DNA of 53,671 nt, counting the filler, from Squatina squatina (taxonomy: Eukaryota), in NCBI GenBank assembly GCA_031763465.1. It is 3 parts of 3 records of this genome, joined end to end, with 100 filler letters (N's around TTAATTAATTAA, not from the genome) between each part and the next. Parts side by side here need not be neighbours in the genome. Positions count along the whole stretch, not along the records: positions 1 to 24,646 come from JARFOE010000046.1; positions 24,747 to 39,348 come from JARFOE010000162.1; 1 more part is not named here. One strand, given 5' to 3'. The notes under the pieces were generated by a model. That model was not told where the DNA came from and ran no database searches. It saw only the letters and a list, made by a program, of their open reading frames with translations. A program made the position numbers and the translations under genes. This document shows positions 23,349 to 35,797 of this stretch, in pieces; position 1 is the first letter of the stretch; the number at the start of each line of letters is the position of its first letter.

Positions 23349-23859
23349 CAGGGGGGAAATGTGCATTGCAAATGTCAAAATACTGAAATTGTTCTGAACA
23401 ATCTTTATTCCTGAGATATGTACGAGGGATCATTTTACATATTTTACACCTGCAACTGCAAAATAAGCAACTTTTTTTCTCTGATGGTGCAGTTCTACCT
23501 TATAATTTATTTTTCTGCAAAAGAATTATCCACTATTCTCAGCTTGATTTCAGAGATGCAATTTAAGGCCCCTGGCCCCGCCCACCCGCCGCCCCCACAC
23601 CCCGAGACTTTTATCTGATTCCAATCTCCATTTCCTTTCCAATTTCCTTCCCCCCGTCGCCCCCACCCTCACGCTCCCCTCTCTCCAAGGCCGGAGTGTA
23701 ATTCTGCCGGCAGCGAAGCAGCTCTCGAAGGCCTCGACCCAGTAGCCGCTCCTCTCATCNNNNNNNNNNNNNNNNNNNNNNNNNNNNNNNNNNNNNNNNN
23801 NNNNNNNNNNNNNNNNNNNNNNNNNNNNNNNNNNNNNNNNNNNNNNNNNNNNNNNNNNN

Positions 23860-24064
23860 TTTGTAGTTTTGACTGATATTTTCCAGCGCATTGTGGGGTG
23901 AAGCTTCCCGCCCGGCCCATTCCAACAATCGCTCGACCATCAGGTCCCGGGAGATCCAGACTGGCGTGCACCCGCTGCTGTGTGAGGGAGTTGACCAAGC
24001 ACGGAGTGTCGGCAGAGACAAAGGCTGTGGCCAAGAACTCCGGCTCTGAGTAAAACTCCACAAC
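23860..24064 (-). CDS. Candidate exon of an unidentified gene (runs into gap)
   Basis: Pyrimidine-rich acceptor ttttgttccgacag, GC-rich sequence open in two frames; product not recognised. Confidence 0.35.
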
Positions 24065-24499
24065 CTGTCGGAACAAAACGAACACAAGGTCAGCCGGAGT
24101 CACTGAGATTTGAAGCTGACCGGAGGGGAATGTTGGGAATTTTGCCAGGGCACTCCCCGGAGTGAAATCAGTCTAAATGACACTGGGTTGGGTAACTGTG
24201 TCAATGGGGTATCACAGAATTGTCTCAACAACCAGCCAGGGGGTGAGTTACTCTCCGCATTTGACATAGACTTAAAACAAAGCAACTTGCCAGCTTGCAA
24301 TTAACATCAGTGTGATTATCCCTCCGACTCCAGTCACTTATTCTTTCTATCTCTGCAGTCCATTCTGTTGCTGCTGATCCTTTGTCGTTCTGTGCAGCTC
24401 CCCACCATCACCAACACACTAACTGACTGCATCAACAGAATCCCTGTGCTTTTAATTCCACGTTTATTCCCCCAGTGCAACTGATATTTAAATAGTGCA

Positions 24500-24646
24500 T
24501 GCTGTCTCCTCGAAACTTGACTATTCCAACGCTCTCCTGGCCTACCTCTCATCTCCCACCCTCACCTCATCCAAAACTCTGCTGCCCTGTGTCCTCACTC
24601 TCACCGTGTCACCTTGTGCTCGCTGACCTACATTGGCTCCCGGTCC
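24500..24646 (+). mobile_element. L2-type LINE RT C-terminal fragment
   Basis: KLDYSNALLA...IQNSAA...VLADLHWLPV. Confidence 0.7.
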
Positions 24647-24746
24647 NNNNNNNNNNNNNNNNNNNNNNNNNNNNNNNNNNNNNNNNNNNNTTAATTAATT
24701 AANNNNNNNNNNNNNNNNNNNNNNNNNNNNNNNNNNNNNNNNNNNN
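24647..24746. other. Artificial scaffold linker (44N-TTAATTAATTAA-44N)
   Basis: Six-frame stop 12-mer at 24691-24702 centred in a 100-nt spacer; identical at 39349-39448. Confidence 0.95.
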
Positions 24747-25389
24747 CCCTGGATTAGATTTATCTATCTAATAGAGCTTATTTGCATAGCTGAGTTTGAA
24801 TGTAAGCTGATGTCGATCGTATTTCTAACATTGGAGGCAAATAATTAGAAACAGCTATCTAATGTATTAAATCAGTACTATTTTCTGAAAGTACTATTGT
24901 TAAAATATAGAATTATATAATTATTAAGGTAACAAAAAATTTTGTTGTTATAGAAGGTGGTACTTTAGTTGTGAGTGCTTGTTACAAGAGAAGCCTTTCT
25001 AGGAGCCATTATTATCTGTGTTTCTTCTTCATACATTTGCCACACAGCATGGATAAATGAAGCAGTCTCACAGGGAAATACCAAGGAATGTCAGTCTCTT
25101 CAAAAGACCGGCAGCTTGAACTACATGGTTCTTCCATGTATACTCCCTAAAGTTAGCTTCATTTCTAATTGATATGTTATATAAGTTGCACTATATAAAG
25201 TGAGAACATTATGCATTGGTTTAGAGTTGTAGGAGCTCAGATTGTTTTGTTTGAGCAAGTTTTGAAATCTGATTTATCAAGATTAACTTAGTGCTAACTT
25301 TCAAATCATTGTCAAATGCAGGAATTGTTTTCCCCGTAAGTGGCAGTCAATATCACTTGTTCTGATCTCGTTGCTGGTTCTTTTCCCAG

Positions 25390-25609
25390 GATCGCTACTT
25401 AGTATTGTACATATTTGTCAGCAGTTTCAAGGAAAGTCTAAAAAGAAAAGGCTTCAGCAGCTTCACAAATGGATTAAATCAAAGATAGCTGAAGTTGTGA
25501 CTCTTTGTGCCCAGGGTCAAGAAGGACAGAAAGTCCACCCATCCTTCCCATGTTTACTTGCAAAAGAAACATGGTACCAGGTTGAACAAATCCTCTTTTT
25601 AATATCCAA
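25390..25609 (+). CDS. Candidate internal exon (220 nt) of an unidentified gene
   Basis: ttcttttcccag|GA...AA|gtatgt; open frame SLLSIVHICQQFQGKSKKKRLQQLHKWIKSKIAEVVTLCAQ...ETWYQVEQILFLISK in AT-rich surroundings. Confidence 0.5.
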
Positions 25610-28362
25610 GTATGTATGAGCATCATTATTTATTTTGGTATTAATGGAGGCCAATTTTTAGTGGTTTTTAGCTTGCATATGCACTTGTGACGACATTACT
25701 CATCCAACTACTTATTCCAGGTGGAATGTATTTCTAACCGTCCAACTTGTATGATATTGCTGTCGACACAAATTTGGATCTTTTTCTGTACGTGCAATTT
25801 GAGCACCAGCCAGCAGATGGCTGCATGTCTTTAGCTCATCAACCATTAATCAGTTTTGGGTTTCCAGTGCTGAATGGACTTGGCTGACATACTGACCTAC
25901 ATTATTTGTGAAAGGGTAGTCTTAACCATGTAACTTAACTATGGAAGCAATGGATTTTACAGATACATAATGTAACTCCTCTTGTGAACTTGAAAGTTAC
26001 TGTTCCATTTCTCCAGCTTTAACTATGAAAGTAACTGTTTGGTTAGTTATTAAAGCAACAAAATGTTTAATTACAACCAGTAAATACAAAAACCAATAAA
26101 TGTTGAATAGCACCACTTCTTCCAAATCATAATTACCACCCCATAACTCTGAAATTGTTGATGACATCTGAAAACATGAGGCTTTTAAAAGCTTTTCTAT
26201 TTTGTCATTAAATCATCATCACTCGGGGAATTTCAGAGGCAGATGTTCAATATTTTATACACTAGGTCAGCTTAGCCACAATATCAAAAGATCTATAAAA
26301 GGTTGCCTTTTTGCCAATACACACTCCTGGCCTAACTTTCAAAAGACTGTTCACCACCTAAAAGGAAAACCGTGTCATCATTACAGAAAATATTTCAGCA
26401 TACAACAGAAATACACCCCTTGTATGTCTAGAATCCCACAGGACCAGGTTCTCCAGTTTGCAAACTTATTTTTGGACAGCTGTTGATTAAAACCTATTTA
26501 CGATAAATACAAACTTCGGAGTGAGCTCAAAATCTACATCCTAGATTCTTTTGATATTGTACTGANNNNNNNNNNACTCTAATAAAAAAAAAAAAAAGCT
26601 GCATGCCTGCGTCAGATGAATGTTAACATTTCTACAAAAAAAAAATGACGAGCTTTGCTCTCTCAAATGTGAGAAATTAAGACTAAAATTATCTTAATTA
26701 GAAATACTCCAGGACAAATTGAAGGGGGTGTTCTGGGATGCAGGTTGATAAACATGAAAGAATTTTAAATGATAGTTAAGCCAAGGAGAGTTGCACAAAC
26801 CGAGGCGGATACTGAGTAAGGTGTGGGTTCTTTGAATTAAGTCTGAGGCTTGTGGAAGTTCAGCGTCTCTGTTAATGTGCTGTAAATGGAGAATGCTGGT
26901 TTTCAAAGTACACACCGAGAACTTCGGAAGAAGAGTTTCAACTACACCGAACTAGAGAGAACAGTTTCCAAAGATTCACCTAAAATTTGTTTCATATCCT
27001 TTCATTTTTGGAAATGCAGTTTTGTGAAAAAGGTCCACAGTTTGAAATGTGTTGTCTGCACTTCATTTGTGAAACTTGATTATATCTGTGAAACTTTATT
27101 AATTCTATGATTGCAACTTCTTCAGGGGGTCATTACATTATCTAAAATCTAGCAATAAGTTATGACCACTATATGCTATAATACCTTTGTTCTACTGTAT
27201 TACAATGGAGAGGAAGTTATTTTTTAATCAGGAGTTTTTCATAGATTTGAATTTGCTTTCCAGATAGTAGTACCCACGTGGAAATTTCTGATTCTCCCCA
27301 CTGTTAAAGTATGTTNNNNNNNNNNNNNNNNNNNNNNNNNNNNNNNNNNNNNNNNNNNNNNNNNNNNNNNNNNNNNNNNNNNNNNNNNNNNNNNNNNNNN
27401 NNNNNNNNNNNNNNNNNNNNNNNNNNNNNNNNNNNNNNNNNNNNNNNNNNNNNNNNNNNNNNNNNNNNNNNNNNNNNNNNNNNNNNNNNNNNNNNNNNNN
27501 NNNNNNNNNNNNNNNNNNNNNNNNNNNNNNNNNNNNNNNNNNNNNNNNNNNNNNNNNNNNNNNNNNNNNNNNNNNNNNNNNNNNNNNNNNNNNNNNNNNN
27601 NNNNNNNNNNNNNNNNNNNNNNNNNNNNNNNNNNNNNNNNNNNNNNNNNNNNNNNNNNNNNNNNNNNNNNNNNNNNNNNNNNNNNNNNNNNNNNNNNNNN
27701 NNNNNNNNNNNNNNNNNNNNNNNNNNNNNNNNNNNNNNNNNNNNNNNNNNNNNNNNNNNNNNNNNNNNNNNNNNNNNNNNNNNNNNNNNNNNNNNNNNNN
27801 NNNNNATCCAAGGCTGAGAGTAAAGTGATAAAAACAGCATCAGCATGCTTTTCACATATTAAGATTTCTATGGCACACTTGGTACTGACATTATGGATTC
27901 CAAACACTTAATGACAGGAGTGATTTAAAAAAAAAATTAAAACAAAACCCAAATAAACTGTGATAGGAACAGGAGTAGGCCATACAGCCTCTCGAGCCTG
28001 TTCTGTCATTCAATGAGATCATGGCTTAACTTCATCTGATTTAGCTCTATCTTATTATCCCCTTGTCTAGCAAAAAGTGGTGTTGCAGGTGGCATTCTCG
28101 CACCAGTGTAACACTTTTTTTTTTACAAAGTGCGTCAAACTACATCTAGTCCTGTGCTATGGAATCATCACTCTGGAACTGAGACTGTGCAAACACATTG
28201 CACATAATTTTTTTTTTTACGTGTATACCATGGTTTTTACTTCTCCCCTTTCCCCACAGACATTTCCCGTCTAATTTTGAATACTGCTGCCCCATTGCTT
28301 TCCAATGAAATTGATTCATTGCTTAATTCTTTTAGGTAACACAAACTGGTTCATAACATTAC

Positions 28363-28473
28363 CTGTACAGTTGGAGGTCGCTGCAATGCAGTTGTCACTT
28401 GTACTGTCGTCTGTGGCTGAGAAACTGGCTTGATGATTGTAGGTGTCATTTGCCGTGCAATTATTCCTGGTGC
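28363..28473 (-). CDS. TAF4: TAF4 exon 3 (111 nt)
   Basis: ttctag|GCA...CAG|gtaatg; APGIIARQMTPTIIKPVSQPQTTVQVTTALQRPPTVQ resembles APGTPIIARQVTPTTIIKQVSQAQTTVQ. Confidence 0.9.
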
Positions 28474-30253
28474 CTAGAAATTACATTAAAAAGGTAGAAA
28501 AGTTGAGGCCTGCCTCTGTGGCATCATTCATGGAGAATGTATTTTTTTGTAGAAGTAATCTGGAATAATTTAAATGCAACTGCTTTAAGAACCAATAATG
28601 TATCAACCAGATTAGTAAGTAAACATCCATTTCCATATGAAAATATGGAGTTATGAAGTGTTAACTTTCAGCACCTTGGAGAGTGGTAAAACACCCGTAA
28701 CAAATTATTAACATTAATTAATTAAAAAAGTGGAAAACAAAACAATGTAGAAAATGGTTTTGTATCCTGGTTTTGGGCCTTTTCTCCTTGTGGTGTTTCT
28801 TCGAATGTCGGTGGCTTCCACTGGTCTCGGCCTCGTCCAATAACAGTTCATATTTGGAGCTGGGTTTTTTTTCCGTTAAGGAACAATAGTTATAAGACAA
28901 GCGCAAGCTAACTTTTCGAGGGAGAAATTTATAGCGTTTAATTGAGGCTGTTGCACTGGGTGCTGATGGTGGGAGAAACTAGCTCAAAGCCTTCATGCAT
29001 TGGCTTTGGTTTCAAGTACAGGCTTCCCTCTAAAGTGGCAGCATATACATCCTGCTGAGAGTGCCCAGCTTTACCAGATGGTAATTGCGATACTGGATCT
29101 TATCATTTTCCTGAGGTAGGACTAGCTGAATTAAATTAAATCCCAGAGGGCTGTGGAGGCTCAGTTGTTGAGTATATTCAAGACAGAGATNNNNNNNNNN
29201 NNNNNNNNNNNNNNNNNNNNNNNNNNNNNNNNNNNNNNNNNNNNNNNNNNNNNNNNNNNNNNNNNNNNNNNNNNNNNNNNNNNNNNNNNNGCTGTGATTT
29301 TATTTTTTTAAATCTGAAAGACCGAATGCAAGTTGTTGTCAAATTGCTAGGTTTCAACCAGTCTCTTAAAACTTTCCTATAAAGCCTGCCTTCATCGTCA
29401 TATTTAAACTTGCATTCGGTTTACAATGGAAGTTGGGAAGCAGGAGGGTTTAGACCATTCCCCAGGGAACTGCGGTAGATCTAATTTCCACTAATAGCCA
29501 CTAATGTTGATAACTACTTTGGATTCCTATTAGCAAGCTAATTCATAATACAATTTACAACCCCATCCTTGAGTTTTAACTTTTAGTCACCAGCGTCTCT
29601 TGTGAAGAACCTATATTTTCTTATGTTTGGTGTTGATGCATTCAAGCAACTGATTGGCAACACTTTATTTTCCATCTGGTGTTTAATGAAAACTGTGAAA
29701 GCAATTATTTAAAAGTTTAGTTCTATGGTTAGAATGTTCCACAGTATTAACTTTCCCTCCTGAAGAGGCATCAGCATCACGGTTTTTAAAAATAAAGCCT
29801 ACATATTGTATCTCCAATTAGTTTTCCTGCTTTCAATCCTTTAAGTAAGACAGAAAAAAAATGATATAAATGAATAGTAACTTTTAACATTTTGCTTGAA
29901 TACTATAAACAGTTGTGTGTACATAACACTTAGCCATGCAGGTACAAAGAACATCCTGTGACATTGTACCATCACTGGAAAATCTACTTCTCGGATCAAA
30001 AGCGCTTTCAAATCACCTTTTTGGAGTTTACAAATAATTCCAGAGTTGGGGTTTAGAGTGTAGCCATCTGACAATAGAACTGACTTTCAAATCCAGATGG
30101 AAAGTTCAATTATCTGGATAAAATTGCACCAAATATTTCTATCCTGCACTGAAATGAAACAGTGAATAAAATGTAGCAGCAACAGGCTCTGTTGTATTAA
30201 AACACTTGGCAACTCAAATTTTAGACCACCTTATTGATGAGCCTTCACCTTAC

Positions 30254-30408
30254 CTGTACAGTTGAGATCTGAACTGGAGGAGCACTGGTAGGTGTGGCAG
30301 ATCGTGAAGTGAGCGCCCCTTGAGACTGAGCTTGAGACTGCATCTGTTGCAGAGCTTGCTGAGGAATCAGCATCAACTGTCCACTATCGCTACGCACGAG
30401 AACCATTC
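30254..30408 (-). CDS. TAF4: TAF4 exon 2 (155 nt)
   Basis: gtctag|GA ATG...CAG|gtaagg; GMVLVRSDSGQLMLIPQQALQQMQ...ATPTSAPPVQISTVQ. Confidence 0.94.
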
Positions 30409-31844
30409 CTAGACGTAGACAACAATTCATTTAGGATTCTCATTCACTTAGATTCTGGTAAACAACATTTTCCTCAATTTTACATTCCCATCAAAAAAAA
30501 TCTATATGGAATTTCTGTTGATCTCAACATGATATATTGGTACAATTCAGTTNNNNNNNNNNNNNNNNNNNNNNNNNNNNNNNNNNNNNNNNNNNNNNNN
30601 NNNNNNNNNNNNNNNNNNNNNNNNNNNNNNNNNNNNNNNNNNNNNNNNNNNNAACTGCAGTTACAAACAATTACTTGGTGCTTCATTGGTGCCTTTTGTT
30701 TTATGCTGTCTGTTCTCAAAGATATCCTGCATTTCTGTAACAGAGCAAAGAGTTATTGCTCTAGTGATGGGGAAAAAATGAAGGCTGCCTGAGTTGGGGA
30801 GCAATACAGACATCAATTATTCAAGCAATTTGCTTCAGGATAAGAATGGATTCATCCTCATTTCCTGTGGGAGACTGTTAGAAAAATGTTCCTGCATCAG
30901 CACTGTGATGAACTGGTGTTTTTATTGGAAATATAAAGATGTGTTTGTTCATTGTAACAACACTTTGAGCCAGTAAAAATCTGTAGTAAATTAACTTATT
31001 TTCATTCGCCTTACAGAAAATTAGTTTGTTTGATCAAAGAACTGTATAATAAGAGGGATTTATTTACATGTCCGTTCCTTCATTTCTTTTTCAGGATTAG
31101 TGATCTTAGACGAAGATTCCTTTGTAAGGCTATCATACTGATAACAGGTACCTCCATTTATTTATTGGTTAAGCTCAATGTATCTCTTCAGTTGGAAGAC
31201 CAAAACATATTTTTAAAAAAAGAATGCATTAATCCTACAATCAATGTTGAATAAAGTGAAAACGGCCAATATGAAAGTTATTAGAACATTAATTATTAAT
31301 TACTATAATCAAAATATTACTTTTTTTAAATCAAAGCTACAAATGTAGTCAATAACTCACCAATACTAGGTACAAAGCAAACCTGCTTCTGGTTTAAACA
31401 TTCATCAAAGTCATACATATTGTGCTTTGTTGAATTCATAAGTGTAATTGAGTTGGTCCACTTGTACGCAACTGCCTGGGACTTTTCTCAAATTTCCACA
31501 TCTGTATTTGCATATAAACAGTTTAATAGACTCTCTTTGTTATTTTTAAGAACACTTATAATGCGGTGTCCTGATGGGGCTCATGAATGTTTTGAAGTGT
31601 ACAGAAAATAAATTGCACTATGTAAGTTTGCACTAGTATGAATTCACAGCAGGTCAATCTTTAACTTGTACTAATTTGTACGAATACAGTCTGAGTAATT
31701 TATGTATCTTGGTTGCACTGCATGTAGAGTGACAACTGGGCACAATGTTCCACTGTTGCTTTATAGAATTGTGCATATAATCCAATATTTAATTTGCTTT
31801 TGCAACTGCTCCGCTCTGCTGCCCCTATTCAATACTTACATCAT

Positions 31845-32590
31845 CAAGTCTACAGCACAGAAACAGACCATTCGGCCCAACTGGTCTATACCACCGTTTA
31901 TACTCCGCACGAGCCTCCTCCCACTCCTTTTCATCTAACCCTATCAGCATACCCTCTCTTTCTCCCTCATGTGCAAAGCTAGCTTCTCTTCAAATGCATC
32001 TTTGCTATTTGCTTCAACGACTCCTTATGGTAGCACATTCCACATTCTTACCACTCTTTAGGTAAAGAAGTTTCTCCTGAATTCCCTGTTGGATTTATTA
32101 GTGACTATCATATTTATGGCCTCTAATTTTGGTCTCCCCCACATGTGAAAATGTTTTCTCCATTTCTACCCCATCAAAGCCTTTCATTACCTTTTAAAGA
32201 TGTTCCTCAGCCTTCTCTTTTGAGAAAAGCGGCCAATCCTGTTCAATCTTTCCTGATATTTATAACCCCTCAGTTCTTGTATCATCCTTGTGAATCTTTT
32301 TTGCACCTTCTTAAATGCCTCTATATCCTTTTTTATATGGAGATCAGAACTGTGCACAATACTCCCAAGTGTGGTCTAACCAAGGTTCTATACAAGTTTA
32401 AAATGACTTCCCTGCTTTCCAATTCTATCTCTCTCGAAAAGAACCCCAGAGCGTGATTTGCTTTTTTAATGGCTTTATTAACCTGCATTGCCACTTTGTG
32501 ATTTGTGCATCTGTACCCCTAGATCCCTTTGCTCCTCTACCCCATTTAGACACTTAGTAGGTGGCCTCCTTATTCTTCCTACCAAAATGC
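31845..32590 (-). mobile_element. CR1 LINE 3' portion
   Basis: LYRTLVRPHLGVLCTVL / FFT.RVVRMC-like C-terminal RT region plus tail; similar to 44868-45380. Confidence 0.8.
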
Positions 32591-35193
32591 ACCTCTTTAC
32601 ATATTATACCTAAATTTATTTTCCTGATGTATCTTAAAACTATATACCTTTTTTATTCTATAATCCAATTTGTTGTTTTAGAACATATATCTCTCCTTGT
32701 ATTTGTCTGTTAAATGTCATTCACCTTCCCTGCAGAACTTTGAATTTCTTCTTCTGAACATGGTACATTTAGTATACAAATTAGATTTTTGGCTTTTAAC
32801 ACTTGCATTCAGAATAGTTCAATACTAATGGTCTTAAGGACTTCACCAAATGCTCACCATGTCAGCACTTACTATCAACGACTTACTTACATGAATGATG
32901 GCCTGCTGGCAAGGTACCAGAGGAGAGAAAAGTGTCACAAAAAGGAAGGAAAAATTGTCAATCTTACAACCAGTACTGGGGGTACCAATAACTGTCCAAT
33001 TAAAACTATCATGATGATTATTCTATTTTTTTCTAACTTATTATCCAATTTTCTTTTTCCTCCTTTTAATCTAATATCTTTTTACTTTTAGGCACTAAAT
33101 CTTCTCTAAAGTTCATAACATTCACTAATCCAATGAGTTCAGATCTGCCTTTCTCAATCTCTCACTGAAATTACTGTTTCTGCTTCTGTTAAAAATTAAA
33201 TGGCTAATGAGTCCTATTTCCTAAAATCATCGACTTTTTAAAAAAAAAAGTGAAAATTAGTAACTAGCTGATTTTTTTTGGAGGCACGGATTTTATGAAA
33301 ATGTTTGACAACACTCCAATTACTAGTGCACAATATAATAATGTTAATTCATTGTGTAATTTGCATGCAATGGAAAGATAGCTCTTTTGGCTCATTTTCA
33401 ATCCTTGCTTTCGTGAAGCTGGTGGCCCTTTTGAAAAATGAACCACAATATTTGGGATGTTTTGTAAAGATTGATGGCATTCTGAAAGATTTGAGTCTAG
33501 CTTGTAACTGGTTGGCCAAAGAAATATGCTAAAAAGAAATAAGAATATTAATATTTAGAAGGGTTAACTGCAGATTGGTTTACAAGCAAACCTTGCACTT
33601 TTTTTGATCATTTCACTTGAGTTATTGTCTGTTCTATGCCGTGTGTAAATGATCTGGAAAATTACTTTAAATTAAATTGCAAGAGTGGGACAGAAAGAAA
33701 CAAGCTCAGCTGAGTAAAAGGCAAATTTAGGACTGATATTAGGAAGCTCTTTCACACACTAGAAATGATCGATACATAAAATGGTCTTATGAATAGAGTA
33801 GTGGCTGAGAATAGTTTACGAAAATATTGGATGCTGCAATGGTTGGTCTTTAGAGTCCTTCTGAATGGACAAACTAAGATGGGCCGAATGGCCTTGCTAA
33901 TTGTGAGAGACCAAGTGTGGCACTGCCTATCTGGCATGCCATGATCTTATCAACCCAGACTATACTCCTAGTGTGGGNNNNNNNNNNNNNNNNNNNNNNN
34001 NNNNNNNNNNNNNNNNNNNNNNNNNNNNNNNNNNNNNNNNNNNNNNNNNNNNNNNNNNNNNNNNNNNNNNNNNNNNNNNNNNNNNNNNNNNNNNNNNNNN
34101 NNNNNNNNNNNNNNNNNNNNNNNNNNNNNNNNNNNNNNNNNNNNNNNNNNNNNNNNNNNNNNNNNNNNNNNNNNNNNNNNNNNNNNNNNNNNNNNNNNNN
34201 NNNNNNNNNNNNNNNNNNNNNNNNNNNNNNNNNNNNNNNNNNNNNNNNNNNNNNNNNNNNNNNNNNNNNNNNNNNNNNNNNNNNNNNNNNNNNNNNNNNN
34301 NNNNNNNNNNNNNNNNNNNNNNNNNNNNNNNNNNNNNNNNNNNNNNNNTAAAAAAAAAAATAAAAAAATTCAAAATTGCAGCGACAGTATGCTTGTAAGT
34401 TCTAATTTAATGCACTGATAAACAAATTATAGTTAACTTTAAATTAGCATGTAATGGAAATGACCCTCAAACTTTGAATTCAACAAAGTCCAAGGGAATG
34501 CTTGCCAAATGTCAAAATTGGAATGAGTTGATGCTTAATTTCATATGTACAATCTTTCACATTAAAATCCTACTTTAAAAATTGCCTAAAAACGTGTCTA
34601 AAAATTGTATGTTTAAAACTGACCACTCGCTTTGTTTAGAGTTTTAACTTGAGACCCAGCAATTCCTTTGATTAAATGAGACCTATTGGACAATCCAGTC
34701 ATTTTAGGTACCCATTCAAAACCGTCAAACCATCTCAAGTCTTGAAACAGGACATCAGGATTGACTTGATGTTGAGAGTGAGCTGAACAGAATTTATCAA
34801 AAGCAAGGTCTCAGTAGGTTGGCATTGGGATGCATGACATGTGAACACTGACTACTCAAAGATGTTATTTTAAATTAAACCAGCATGTTGCTAAAATTAA
34901 ACACATCTGCTAACTTAGTGAAAAAGCAAAAAAAGTACCAATCTATACTTAACTGTAGAATATACAAACTGATTTAACAAAACTTTCAGTTAGTGTGTGC
35001 AAAGATGCACACCACTGTTTCTGACAAGAGAACCAAGAATACAGCTCACCTCACAGCATTCCATAAATGCAACAATGCTAAAGGGCAGTGTCANNNNNNN
35101 NNNNNNNNNNNNNNNNNNNNNNNNNNNNNNNNNNNNNNNNNNNNNNNNNNNNNNNNNNNNNNNNNNNNNNNNNNNNNNNNNNNNNNNNNNNNN

Positions 35194-35328
35194 GGTTAAA
35201 CTCCATCTGCCACTCCTCAGCCCAGCTCTGCATCCTATCTATGTCCCTCTGCAGCCGACAACAGCCCTCCACACTATCCACAACTCCACCAATCTTCGTG
35301 TCGTCTGCAAATTTACTGACCCACCCTT
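35194..35328 (-). mobile_element. CR1 RT fragment
   Basis: GWVSKFADDTKIGGVVDSVEGCCRLQRDIDRMQSWAEEWQMEFN (FADD motif). Confidence 0.9.
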
Positions 35329-35797
35329 CGGATGTTATCCATCAGTTCTGTAATCGGAAGCAAGGGGTCTGCATAGGTCGAGCAGACACTTTCCAGGTGC
35401 CCTGCTCTGACTGCCAAGACAAAGCCGACGGGATGTTGTAGAACGTGAAATCAGTTTAAATATTTCTATAATTTAAACCACAACCATAAGCATTCCAGAG
35501 GAGAGGATTTGAACCAAGAATCAGGCCCAGTTTGACAATTAAATGAATGGAGATTCAGACACCTCAACCTCTATCACCAGCCTTTATTTCCTCTCGAAGT
35601 TTTTCTGCAATCCGTTTCTCTGTCCATATTACTCACGATCCATATTCGAAAATCACCAATCTGCTTTCTGCTCCCATACATGTGGCATTATCTGAGAGTG
35701 TAAATCTCCCCAAAGTATTCTTTGAACGCATGCGCTGCGTCACCTGAAAACTTAAACTTCCATGTTGCATAAATGTATATATTATTATTAATATTAG

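Noticed and set aside
14600-24646. EGFL7/miR-126 expected beyond NOTCH1
   Set aside because: No miR-126 sequence or EGFL7-like peptide found by eye
24691-24702. TTAATTAATTAA palindrome (also 39393-39404) as a biological site
   Set aside because: Identical 12-mer centred in 44+44 N; a synthetic all-frame stop linker joining scaffolds
27239-34398. Long X-rich ORFs spanning N runs
   Set aside because: Open only because N codons contain no stops
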